DNA from: Ruditapes philippinarum | Taxonomy: Eukaryota | DNA: 64,000 nucleotides | Assembly (NCBI RefSeq): GCF_026571515.1 | Contig: NW_026859222.1 | Coordinates: forward strand, 124,001 to 188,000 | Direction of reading: 5' to 3' | In this document: positions 41,081 through 52,512 of the stretch, in pieces | How positions within the stretch are numbered: position 1 is the first letter of the stretch | How the letters are laid out: every line of letters starts with the position of its first letter | Position numbers and translations under genes: made by a program | Notes under the pieces: model-generated | Database searches by the model: none | What the model saw: only the letters and a program-made list of their open reading frames with translations | Told to the model about the DNA's origin: nothing

Positions 41081-42419
41081 AAAAGAAACATCACTGACAT
41101 AGATTCAATGTCGTTTGTATCCCTTTAATTCTCTTATGGGCCCGTTTTAGTTGATATTATTTCACATAACATGTCCCACTCCTTTCACCCTTATGTCCGC
41201 TCTAGGTTTTTTTGAGTGTGTCGGGGGCCGCGTCCTATGAACGTTGCCTTTGCCTTGTTGATCTTTATTCTTGTTTTTTATATATAGTTACCATTTAAAA
41301 AAGCTTGTGGAATAAATAACAAATAAAATAAATGAAAATATAAATCACGAAATACGTTTGCTGATGACCGACATAGAGCTTATTTATATTATTAAGACAA
41401 ATTGAACAATAATTCTTTAACAACTTGAGTACTGTGATTTTGAAGCAGACCCAAAACGTCGTAGTGTGACCTAATTTTTTAAAAAAAAATACAAACCCTT
41501 TTGTCGCATTAACCACCGGGGGCGCACGCGGGGTTTTTATGTTTATTCTTTATATAATGACGATTTAAGAGGGCTACTGTGTAAAACAGGGGGAAAATTC
41601 CTCTGCAACGTACACTGTCATTGCCTAAAAGTGTCTTCACAAGATTTCCCGAATAAAATTGAAATTCGCCAGAAACGAATTTTGAAAAACAAAATCACTC
41701 AAGTCTGTGTGAGTTGCGCCGTTTGTTTTGAAGGCATTTCCATTAAATGCTACTGCACAATATCCTTTCAACACAACCTCTTCATTTTTGACAGACGTCG
41801 TAAAATATGTTGCCTTCGAAACAAATTTGCGTGACTCCACAAGAGGATATTTAATGAATTCAGAACAATTGAAATAACAGCGTGCTTCAAACCACTGACC
41901 ATAACTTGTACATTTTTATTTGTTTAAAGTTTAAAATATCTTGTTACCCATCTGATAATGAAAGTGAAAATAGTTTGTGTTACATGCATAGGAGTGATCA
42001 TATAATTTGATGTATAAATATATAAATATACTTTTCAGGGAATGTTGTGCGAATATCACAATCAGCCCTTGTATTAAGTAAAAGTAAGGTTTGCGTCTTA
42101 GTCTGAGCACAGAATAGCAAACGTATTTGATAGGATTCTTTAATTATTTGAAAGTAAATATAACTCCTTATCTGCCTTATTATGTCTTCATGTGACACTT
42201 ATTACTCGGAACAATCTGTACTGTATAAGAATACTATCACTTATTAGACTATAGATAATTGGAAAACCTACAATGTTTCACTTTTTAAAGTTACATTTAT
42301 TTGGTCTGTCCCTTCATCTTTTGTACAATGCAAACAGTTGAAATAATTATGATATAACTCTGTACAGACGTTTAGACAATAAGACGCCTATGTGTATTTT
42401 AGAACTAAAATTGTGTATA

Positions 42420-42850
42420 ACATACTAACGAAAACCGATGGAAGGAAATTGAATCTACTTGGTAACATTTTTACCATATGCGACGATGTGCAGGACGCAG
42501 TTGTGACATTTTGTCGGTTCAACGTCACAGACATCTTATATTAATTTCGAAATTCCTTGTCTGTTCTGTATCTTTTGAATCGATATAAGGACGTATATAG
42601 AACGTTTTGGCAGAAATATTTCTCAAAATCAGACGATGTGCAGAAAACATGTTTGGGCTTCCTGTAATCATATTGGCCCCGCCACGGGAATAGCATGATT
42701 TATATATGAAATAGTGAAAAACAGAATCCCTAAAGAAAGCCCAACACGACAAAATTGTAAAATGTTGCAGGCTCGGTTTGATTGAGCCTGTTCATGGACG
42801 GTACTGAAAACCACATTTAAGTGTTATTGTGTAAAAATATATTGCTAAGA
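42420..42850 (-). pseudogene. Decayed paralog G10 (shorter copies ~11320-11535, 14790-15120, 34860-35080, 48740-48961, 60700-60910)
   Basis: Fragments FCRVG, YKSCYS, FEKYFCQNVL and MSVTLNRQNVTTASCTS (MTVTLTRKNVKTSPCTS in the 48.8-kb copy, with synonymous ACG/ACC, ACT/ACC, CTA/TTA). Confidence 0.45.
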
Positions 42851-44859
42851 GCTTAGATAGTACGGATGTAATTTGCCTTATTAACCTATACAAATTTAAT
42901 ATGATTCATGCCCCTTGACGAATGTATTATGCTGTACTGTGCTATAACATTCGAGGGTATGAATGTTAACACATATGACATATGAAGTGGCACAATCTAT
43001 TGTTGTTGAGAGAAATGAATAAGAAAATCAACAAAAGGCGATACATTTGTTTTTAAGAAGCACTAGTTCATTGAAGTTGTATTCGCGTAATTTTTATATT
43101 GACTTGTGATATTGTTTAATGTCCCATGTTATCTCATATTTTCCAAGCATATATTATGACATTCGCCTGTAATATGGGTTAGAATAGATTGTCACACGAA
43201 TTAGCTTGATAAGTTAAACATCTTATAAAAATAGTTTAAAAACTTTATATTGATTTTGGTCAATGTCCGTAATATTGAAAAAAAGTTGTTCAAAACCACC
43301 CTTTGTTCTTTTTAATTGGAATTGCGCCCTTGATTCATTCTAAGGGATTAAAGTGTTCAATTAAAGAAATAGTTTATTAACTGTCCAGAGATTATGTATG
43401 TTGAAATTGAAACTTATCTTCAAAATATGTGTGGTTCTTGTTATTTCTGGTGGTTTCGTCTTCAATCCGAAAATAAAACTACTTGCCATATGCCTATATA
43501 CGCTTCAGAGAAACATCCTCCAAGTAACAAAATATCCTCATTGAAGGAGAATACCACAGTTTGACTATCATTTACTTTTCATTAGCTACCATAACAAAAA
43601 GCAAACAATTTGCGCCTATTGTAAATTTTCAGGGACAAAATGTACGTGAGAATGGTTGCGTGCTATCATACGTTTATTTACGTTAAAAGACACTTTACTC
43701 GATTTAATGTAATTTAGGAACACGCTCTTGAAAATTCTAGACTAGCCAATTCTACGAGCAATTCTAGTTCTTAGCAGACTTCTTTAAGAAAAGGATACCG
43801 TTACACGAAAGCAATGCCAATGATTTAGTAATGTAAGACAAAATATTTCATGGAAAATATTATGATACTTTTTTTAGTTATGAAAGTCAGTGTGAAATAT
43901 CGTTTTGATATTTTATAATCAATATTAGAAAGATAGATCAAGCTTGAACACGATAAAGAAACATAAAGAAAACATTGGAATTTATCAAAATATGTAACAA
44001 AAAATGAGAGTGTCAAACTTTAATTGGAACGCATAAAGGTAAGATTACACACTTCTCGTAATTAAAGTAATAACTTTCACCCGGCTAGACATAAAAGAAA
44101 TGGCCTGTATTAAGCTAAAACATGCCGTAATTGTAATGGTAAATATTGACCAATCAGTAATTAGAAACAAAGGTAAACTGGTAAACTATTAAACCAACAC
44201 ACCACTAACTCTTTCTCTGTGGTACGATTCCGATCCGGGCATCAATACTGATACTTTTTTTCAGAATTTATTATGAATTATAAAACTAGATAAAACTACA
44301 TCGGACACTGATATTTGAATTTTGATCTACACATTTTTCATTATCATTATTTTCTGTTTTGTTTATTAAACTTATTTTTATTATGTAAGATATATTTATC
44401 TATATTATAAAATGTTAACCATATATTATCTCATGATTTAAAGTGTCCTATGAATAAAATACATACCATGCATCTTTGTGACTTTGTATGTTTTTTGTTT
44501 ATAATGTTTTTGCTCTTCAATTTGCATACATACAAACCGAGCTGATATCAATAAACGAAAACGAACGATCTTTCGAAGAATGTAAATACATTGAAATGCC
44601 TCCTATATTCTTTATCAACTTTTACACATATTCAACAAAATGTAACCTGTTGATAGTTATTATCATGATACATTTCATTGATACGGGAACTACAGTCAAA
44701 TTATTTATTTTATTAATTAACTATGAAAAAAGAAAAGGAATAGTAATCTAAAGTCGAAGAAGATACTAAATTAAATACTTTCTTAATTTTATCTTTTATA
44801 TATTAATTTAGCAGACTACAAAATGTTGATTTCTCTATAATATGTTCTAATTGGTTATT

Positions 44860-45170
44860 GAATTATGTTTTATAAATTCAACAAACTAAGAGGAGGCTTG
44901 TAATTTAGAAGTGCAAAAAAAAGGAGAAATATTATTATATAATAGTAATATTCAATATTTATGTAAGGTATATATGAGAGTGTTGATACTTGAATTGAGT
45001 AAATGAAATAGGGTTGATAGTTCGTTTTATGTGTATCAGTATTATGTCTTTTATGAAGATATTTTGTTTGTATAATTTTATTCCTGTGATGCAAATTAAA
45101 ATATTCACATACACTAAGTAGGAGGTTAGATACGTTTTTTTTTCAATTGTAACTTGTCTCGATTAAATAT
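44860..45170 (-). pseudogene. Decayed paralog G14, 5' part (copies ~16860-17150, ~59860-60150)
   Basis: LICITGIKLYK (compare G8 QICFEGNGFYD). The 59.9-kb copy has GYCYISI (compare G8 GYCAVAF). Confidence 0.35.
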
Positions 45171-45329
45171 ATGCTTAATATTTAGGTTCAATGGAATAAA
45201 GAACTACTTTGTATAAGTAATTGTCCTCAAGATAAAGTTTTGCATTAAAAATTTATCATGGTCTGAGTGCAAGGTTGTATTATAACAAACTAAGTCCAAG
45301 TCATAATATATTCTAACATTGATTTGGTT

Positions 45330-45890
45330 TTGTGGCCCATTTCTTTCTGCTTAAATGTCAAAGTTAATTACAGACATCAGGAATCTAACAGCCTGCTTAA
45401 TTTCATCACCGATAATGTGCAATTAATTAATTTCATATTAACATACATGCAATTTAACCTTCAGAACATTGTTGTGACCTTTTTTCTTGTCGAATATCAT
45501 AATCAATTACAAATATTAGAAGTATGAGGACCAGCTTAATTTCATCACAGACACCTTGCAATTGATTGACCGATATGTTTCCTTTCCTACTGGCCATGAT
45601 GTCTGGTGGCAGAGTATAATTGCGTGTTTGGATAATTTGTGTCTTGTGAAAACTGGTAATTTAAATCCTTTAGCCTAACCCTAAGTTAATTGCTTGTAAT
45701 AGAGACTCCGAGGCAAAGATAAATTATGTGCGAAATATATGCCAACTGCAGACATTAAACGCTTGCTTCCAGAAAAACTGACCAAGGGCAATGGAATGGA
45801 GAAAATTATGTAATTGTGTGAACTGTTGGTTTGAAAATGCGTCATAGACATAACGTCAATATAATTCCTGAACATGCTGCTATATCTTAA
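45330..45890 (-). pseudogene. Decayed paralog G13 (copies ~17300-17855; ~37540-39575 split by mariner 2)
   Basis: VFLEASV*CLQLAYISHIIYLCLG aligns with G8 LFLETSGSKTLLEY/HTVYDCRG. Downstream QGVCDEIK aligns with GGECEIR. Confidence 0.5.
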
Positions 45891-46664
45891 TTGTATATCA
45901 ATTTTGTTTACAATTTATAATTTTGAACGACGCAATTAATAGTTTTAGTTTATTATAGAGGATATTGAATGAGTGTATGTTCAATACTGGATTAAATGCA
46001 CAAGTGACGAAATGGTGCAAATTTTGCACATGTAAAGTTATTCGCTAGTATCACATCAAATTATAATGTAGCTAATTTAGTGAAAATTTTTATATGATAA
46101 GTATTATATTATTATACATTACATAGTTGTTTAGACTACTGCAGTGAGCGTATTTATTCAATAAGTTTTTTTTTAAATATTCGAAACACAATGTATCCTT
46201 ATCATATTAAAATACCACCTAGGCCTTGTAAACGGCAATGCGATTTGTTCATTTTGTGAAACATATACCAAAATATACTTCAGACATTAATTTTATATTT
46301 AAAATAATTGTGTTGGGATTAATTTTTGGTGATATTGATAACAAATTTCAATACAGAATCAAAAGAAAAATAAGTTCACTCATAGCCAATCATATACCAG
46401 ATACTGTTAATATATGTCTTTTACTGCCATTGACAAAGTTCGTGAATGAACGGCTTTAGAAGCTGAATTTAAGAGGGCCTCGTATATTAATAGCTGATTA
46501 TATCTGACAAGTCATAAGGATACTACTCAATTCTGTAGACGTTGATCCTCAAGTCTGATTATAGTAAAAAAGTGATATTTTTAAACCTGTTCTCTTCACA
46601 GTAAGTCTTCTGAGAAAGTGGTTGAACTAACTTAGAAGGATATGTACGAAAGACCGGTGGGGAC

Positions 46665-46901
46665 ATGTCAACTTCATGAATACCCGATTACACCTTCATG
46701 AATTCTCGATTTCAACTTCATGAAGTCATGATTTTAACTTAACGAATTCACGATTTCAACTTCATGAATTCACGATTTCAACTTCATGATTTCATCTTCG
46801 TGAATTCACGATTTCAACTTCGTGAATTCACGATGTCAACTTCATGAATTCACGATTTCAACTTCATAAATTCACGATTTCAACTTCACGAATTCAACTT
46901 C
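46665..46901. repeat. 22-bp minisatellite (ttcaacttcatgaattcacgat)n, ~10 units, within a ~255-bp foreign segment
   Basis: Period 22 (aattca at 46745 and 46767). The segment replaces ~550 bp present at 40300-40860. Confidence 0.9.
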
Positions 46902-47224
46902 CAGAGTATCATGTTCCTTTATCTAATTATTACATAACAATATTTACAAGAACCCTCTCCCTAATTTGCGACAAGGAAATAAAAACGATAGAGACAAAAT
47001 TTGAATTTTTCCTGTTGGAAATCACATTTTTTATACCGCCATTCTATAATTAAGCTTGCATGCAATGCCAACATTAAAGCATTGTCCAGTCTAAGTTTGG
47101 AAAGCTTATAGAGCCGAAATAAGAAAAAAAGAAACATCACTGACATATTCAATGTCGTTTTACATATTTATCATTTAAAAAAGCTTGTGGAATAAATAAC
47201 AAATAAAATAAATGAAAATAAAAA

Positions 47225-47837
47225 TCACGAACTACGTTTGCTGATGACCGACATGGAGCTTATTTATATTATTAAGACAAATTGAACAATAATTCTTTAC
47301 ATCAAACATTAGACAGTACTATGATGTACTTCAACAGGCCGAAATCGTCGTAGTGTATCGTTGACGTTACATATACATCAAACCAGTACACCCTTATTTC
47401 GCATTCTCCACCTGCGGCCGCACGCGTTTTTATGTTTATTTAGTTATATATAAATCCACGTCATTAAGACGGCGCTGGACTGTGTAATACGAGGGAAAAA
47501 GTTCCTCTGCAATCGTAAACTGTATGTCATATTCTAATAGTGTTTTACTACCGCTTGTTTCCAAGAATAACTTGCGATCTTGTCAGACACGAAATTTTGT
47601 CATCAAATCAACTCAATTTCATGTTATGACGATGATGTCATGCGCCGTTTTGAAGTCATGTCTATGAAACGCTACTGCACAATAACCTTTCAACACAGCA
47701 TCTTCATTTTTGTCATAAATGATGTCATAAAATCCGTTGCCCTCGAAACAAATTTGCGCAAAATTTGCACACCGTAAAGAGCATTTTTAATGAACTAGAA
47801 CAAACGAAATAACAACGTGCTTGAAATCACCGACCAT
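47225..47837 (-). pseudogene. Decayed paralog G8, best-reconstructed member (copies 9790-10419, 13318-13881, 33371-33965, 41345-41902)
   Basis: Pieces read MVGDFKHVVISFVLVH*KCSLRCANFAQICFEGNGFYDIIYDKNEDAVLKGYCAVAF...LFLETSGSKTLLEY/HTVYDCRG...DLYI...AAGGECEIRVYWFDVYVTSTIHYDDFGLLKYIIVLS. The 41.9-kb copy shows synonymous changes (TCG/TCA, CTA/CTG, GAG/GAA, TAT/TAC, GGT/GGA, GCG/GCA). Confidence 0.6.
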
Positions 47838-48049
47838 AACTTGTAATTTTTTATTCGTTTAAAGTTTAAAATATCTTTTGACCTTTCTGATTATGAAAGT
47901 GATATTAGTTTAGGTTACATGCATAGGATTGTTCATATGATTTGATGTATAAATATATAAATAGAATTATCAGGGAATGTTCTGTGAATATCACAATCAG
48001 CCATTGTATTAATTAAACGACAAACGCATAAGCTCTTTTATTACAAACA

Positions 48050-48490
48050 GTATATCCCAAAGATACGGAAAGGAACATGTATTGTTTTATCAGGAGTTCT
48101 TTGATCACAGGTACAGATTTGTATGAAATTAATCTGAAATATTTGATATCATAATAGGAAACTTATTTCTTTGAAGAAAAAAGGTACAACTAAGGAATAA
48201 GATTTAAATTCAATACTTACTCAGAAACACAATTCCCTAACTATGATTTTCTTATTAATATAGCGTGATTATGAACTCCATACATTGCCGGTATAGTGTC
48301 TAATGACCTTTGATTGCTTCATTAAGTCCAAATTAGTTTTAAGCAGAAAGTCGTGTCTTGAAGTCGCCGCTTCGTGTGGATATTTTTCAAAATAGATCAT
48401 AATAACAAGTGTGTGTCTTAGTCTTAGCACAGAATAGAAAACGTTTTTGATAGGATTCTTTAATTATTTAAAAGTAAAAATAACTTCTTA
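48050..48490 (+). pseudogene. Decayed paralog G9, head-to-head with G8 (copies ~10625-11060, 14095-14530, 34195-34630)
   Basis: TCIVLSGVL*SQVQICM (compare G8 LLWSHA..QICF) and TFDCFIKSKLVLSRKSCLEV (compare YDCRGTFTLVL). Confidence 0.45.
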
Positions 48491-49072
48491 TCCGCCATAT
48501 TTTGGCTTCATGTGACAATTATAAATCGGAACAATCTGTACTTTATAAGAAGACTATTACTTATTGGACTAAAGATAATTGGGAAACCTACAATATTTCA
48601 CTTATTTTAAGTTACATCTATTTAATATATCCCTTCATTTTAAGTACAATAGTAACATATGAAATATGATATAACTCTGAAAAGTTGTTATGACGATTAG
48701 ACCCCTATGTGTATTTCAGAAGTTAAATTTGTGTATAACAGACTAAAGAAAATTGTGGAAGGAAATTGAAACTACCTGGCAGACATTTTAACCATAATAA
48801 AACGATGTGCAGGGCGAGGTTTTGACATTTTTTCGGGTCAAGGTCACAGTCATTTTTTTATCAATATCAAAATTCCATGTCTGCTCTGTACGAGTATCTA
48901 TTAAACCGTAATAAGGAAATTAAAACGTTTTGGCAGAAATATTACTAATAATCAGACGATGAAAATATGATCCTTTTTCTTTTTCGTTAATTAGTATATA
49001 ACGTTCCTAATTTATTTTAAGTGATTAAAATCTTTAATTTTAAAAAGTAGTGTTAATAACTGTCCAAAGCTT

Positions 49073-49550
49073 ATGTATGTTTTGAAATTGAAACTTATCT
49101 TCGAAATATGTGTCGTTCTTGGTATTTTTGGTGGTCTCGTCCTCAATTCGGAAATAAAAAGTACTTGTTATATGTCTGGGTACGACTCAGAGAAACATCC
49201 TCCAAGTTGTAATATTCACATACCTTACACGAAATATCCTCATTGAAGAAGAAAACCACATTTTAAGTATCATTTACTTTTTATTAGCTTCCATGACAAA
49301 AAAGCAAACAATTTGCGCCTATTGTAAAGTTTCAGGGGAAAATGTAAGTGTAGAATGATTGCAGGCTATCATACGTTTATTCACGTAAGAATATACTAAA
49401 CTCGATATAATATAATTTAGGAAAATTCTCTGTAGTCAATTCCACGAGCAATTCTAGTTCAAAGCAGACTTCTTTAACAAAAGGATACCGTTACACGAAA
49501 GCGATGCCAATGATTTAGTAATTTGAGGCATTGCATTTCATCGAAACTAA
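49073..49550 (+). pseudogene. Decayed paralog G11 (copies 11577-11953, 15416-15900, 35198-35640, 43394-43860, 61019-61492)
   Basis: MYVLKLKLIFEICVVLGIFGGLVLNSEIKSTCYMSGYDSEKHPPSCNIHIPYT, then TICAY, NDCRLSYVY, LCSQFHEQF*FKADFF. The 15.4-kb copy differs by several synonymous changes and a 3-nt indel. Confidence 0.55.
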
Positions 49551-50350
49551 GTGATACTATTTGAGTTTTGAAAATCGTTGTGAAATATAATTTTCATACT
49601 CTATATTCATTAGTAGAAAGATAGATAAAGCAACAGGCTTGAACACGAAAAAGAAACATAAAGAAAACATTGGAATTTATCAAAATATGTAATAATAAAT
49701 ATGAAAGTGTCAAAACTTTAATTGGAACGCATAGGTAAGATTTCATACTTCTCGTAAATATCCTGGCTACATATACAGGGAGTAACCCGTATCAATCTTA
49801 GATATAACGTAATGTTAATGGTATATATTAGAAACAGGAGTAAACTATGGAATACCAACAAAGATCTCTTGCATGCATACAGATACTTTTCTTTCAGAAT
49901 TTACTATGAATTATAAATCTGTATTAAATCACCTCTGACACTGATTTTCGAATATTTAGATCTACACATTTTTCTTTACTATTTTCTTTCTGTATTTATT
50001 ATACTACGTTTGTTATGTAACAGATAACCACTGAGATATTACATGCGTTCATCATTGTAACGTTGCATGTTTTATTTATATAATGTTTTTGCTCTTAAAT
50101 GTACATACATACATGCAAACCGAGCTGATATCAACAAACGAAACGAAACGATCTTTCGAAGCATGTCTATGAATTGAAAATTTGAATGTTTTATTCTTCC
50201 TACAACTTGAACACATAATACAACAAATCTAAACCTGTTGATAGTTATTATCATGATGCATTTCATTGATAAGGGAAATACAGAGTCAAACGATTTATTT
50301 TGTTAATTAACAACTATGAAAAAAAAGATGAATAGTAATTTAGTAAATTA

Positions 50351-51551
50351 CTCGACACTAACATTTTTATCAGGTGGTTAGCCGGACCACTAGATTTGAA
50401 ATTAAGGTGGTCCTTTCAGAAGTCAAGTGGTCAACTATTATTATTATATCATTTTACTGCAAGTTTAGAAAAAAGTATGCTTAAAATTGATGACAAAGAT
50501 GTATTATTAACCTTTAAAGAAAACAGACATTTTAGATATATATTTTTATCTTATCATAAATTAAGGAGAGTAAGTTCTAAGTAGGTATTCTGTCGTGAAG
50601 TTATTTGTTTTGTTTTTTCATAGCTCAATCAAAAATACACATCAGGGCTAACTTTTATATTGAAGTGATTTCTCCCTCAACTCAAGTTAGGGAATAGTGA
50701 AACAATTTGTGTCTGGGTTTGTTTCTTACTGTTATTCAAATATTCATTGCTGGTACGTGGTACGTCTTATAATCATGATAATTATAGTATCTTTTATAGA
50801 TTAACATTTTAGATAAAAACTAATAAATTATCTTAAAACAAGGAAATGTCTAAAGGATAAAAAATAAAAACAACTATATATATAACTGTTGTTTAGCTTA
50901 TTTTCCTCACAGATTTATTATGAATATAGAATTTTTACTTTTTAAAAAAGGTAATTTTAACTCTGGAAGAAATGGATCTTATCGTTAAACAGTAAAAATA
51001 AAGATAACTAGCAAAGAATTACTAGATGTATTTTTTCCAGTTCCTTTAGTTTGCAATTATTCATGTATATGAAATTAAAAGTTCATACAGTATCCCATAC
51101 AATATCATAATTACCATTGTCGGATACCCACGTGTGATTAACATGTAACATAACATAAATGTTAAAGGTTCCGCCGTGGTAATCCGACGATGCATCATTA
51201 CTAGCATCATTTGAATGCAATTTGTACCTAGCTTAATATCACAAATTCTTAACTCAACTTATATAATAGACACAATTTTAGCGACTTAAAATGAAAGTTT
51301 TTGATGATTTAAGACCTTCTTTAACTAATCAGATTAATCTATTAATGAACTATATACATGTTCATAGAACAAATGGTTTTTAACAAAATGTATATAACAT
51401 GTTTTTAACCAAATCAACAATCTCCCAAATGAGCCTTGCACAAACCAGAAAATTCAAGTGGTCCGACGGACCAGTGCATTTTAAAATTAGGTGGTCCTTG
51501 CCAAAATTAGGTGGTCTCGGACCAACGGACCACCGCTAATGTCGAGGCCTG
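50351..51551. mobile_element. Non-autonomous hAT-like DNA element (~1.2 kb), left end damaged
   Basis: Right end ..taatgtcgaggcctg (CAGG-type terminus), left remnant ctcgacacta, clustered GTGGTC/GGACCA subterminal motifs at both ends. Absent from paralogous sites at ~36935 and ~62355. No clean TSD. Confidence 0.7.
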
Positions 51552-51646
51552 GACTAATCTCAAGCTGAAGAAGATATTAGATTAAATTAAATTATTTCAT
51601 ACATTTTATCTATTATATATTTTCAGAGCATTTTATTTGATGGGTA

Positions 51647-52034
51647 TGTCGTATGGTCCTTTTTCAAATGTATGAATGGTCTGTTTATGCCTGTAAGGAC
51701 ATAAACATACGCCTTGATAAATATATAAATAAACAAGACAATAATTTCTGGCGCAAACCAATAGAAATATTTATATCAAAGTGCGCATGCGTGAGGTGGT
51801 TTTTCCGGGAAGTTTGTAAAAACTGAGGCCCGGCATGCAAATTATGTCAGAAGGAAATATGAGAAATTAGTTGTTATAATGAGATGATGAAATGGAATGA
51901 TATAGGAATGATATGGGATAATGGAGTGTATATCGGACTGTAAACAGACAAATACAAGAGATATATATACAAATACAAGGACAAAATGATACATGAAAAC
52001 GATATTCAAAAACACGAATATCGACCACATGACA
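51647..52034 (-). repeat. 3' LTR
   Basis: Differs from 59446-59833 at 2 of 388 positions by eye. Confidence 0.97.
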
Positions 52035-52048
52035 TACTTCCCCACTTT
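52035..52048 (-). other. Polypurine tract
   Basis: Minus-strand aaagtggggaagta directly abuts the 3' LTR. Confidence 0.75.
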
Positions 52049-52512
52049 GGGGAATGTCGCCCCGACATTCATAAAATATTAAAGAGGAAGAGCTTGAACC
52101 AGACATTGCAAGTAGTTAGCTTAGACCATAAAGTAACTAAACTACTAGGTACTACATAACTAAATCTAAATACTGAAGGCAATTACAACCTGTGAGTAAA
52201 TATATAATACCCGGGCAAAATACCTTAAACTCAAGCATGTTCCACAAAAATACCGTATGCCGCGAATCGCGAAAAATATATGTCACGCGGAAACAAAATT
52301 TTAATTTATCAGTAGAACTGTGAATTCATTGAAGAGGTGCACTCTCAACAATAAATCCTTTATTTTTAAAGTACTGTAAAGTACATTTATAAATTACCAG
52401 GGTAAAATATATGGTACATGGTATAAAACATAAAACGAAACACATCAGGTACTAAGCAACGCCTAACTTCAAAGTTGAAACACACCTAGACTATAAATCA
52501 AAAGAAAAAGCA

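Noticed and set aside
47440-47760. Selenoprotein or TGA=Trp recoding (three in-frame TGA in one long G8 frame)
   Set aside because: The family also has TAA/TAG stops and frameshifts, and the best motif matches require changing frame. Ordinary decay explains it.
47580-47777. Recurrent plus-strand ORF MSDTKFCHQ.. (also 13674, 33705)
   Set aside because: Recurrence only reflects recent duplication. It has a non-ATG start, and the synonymous-change signal is on the opposite strand.
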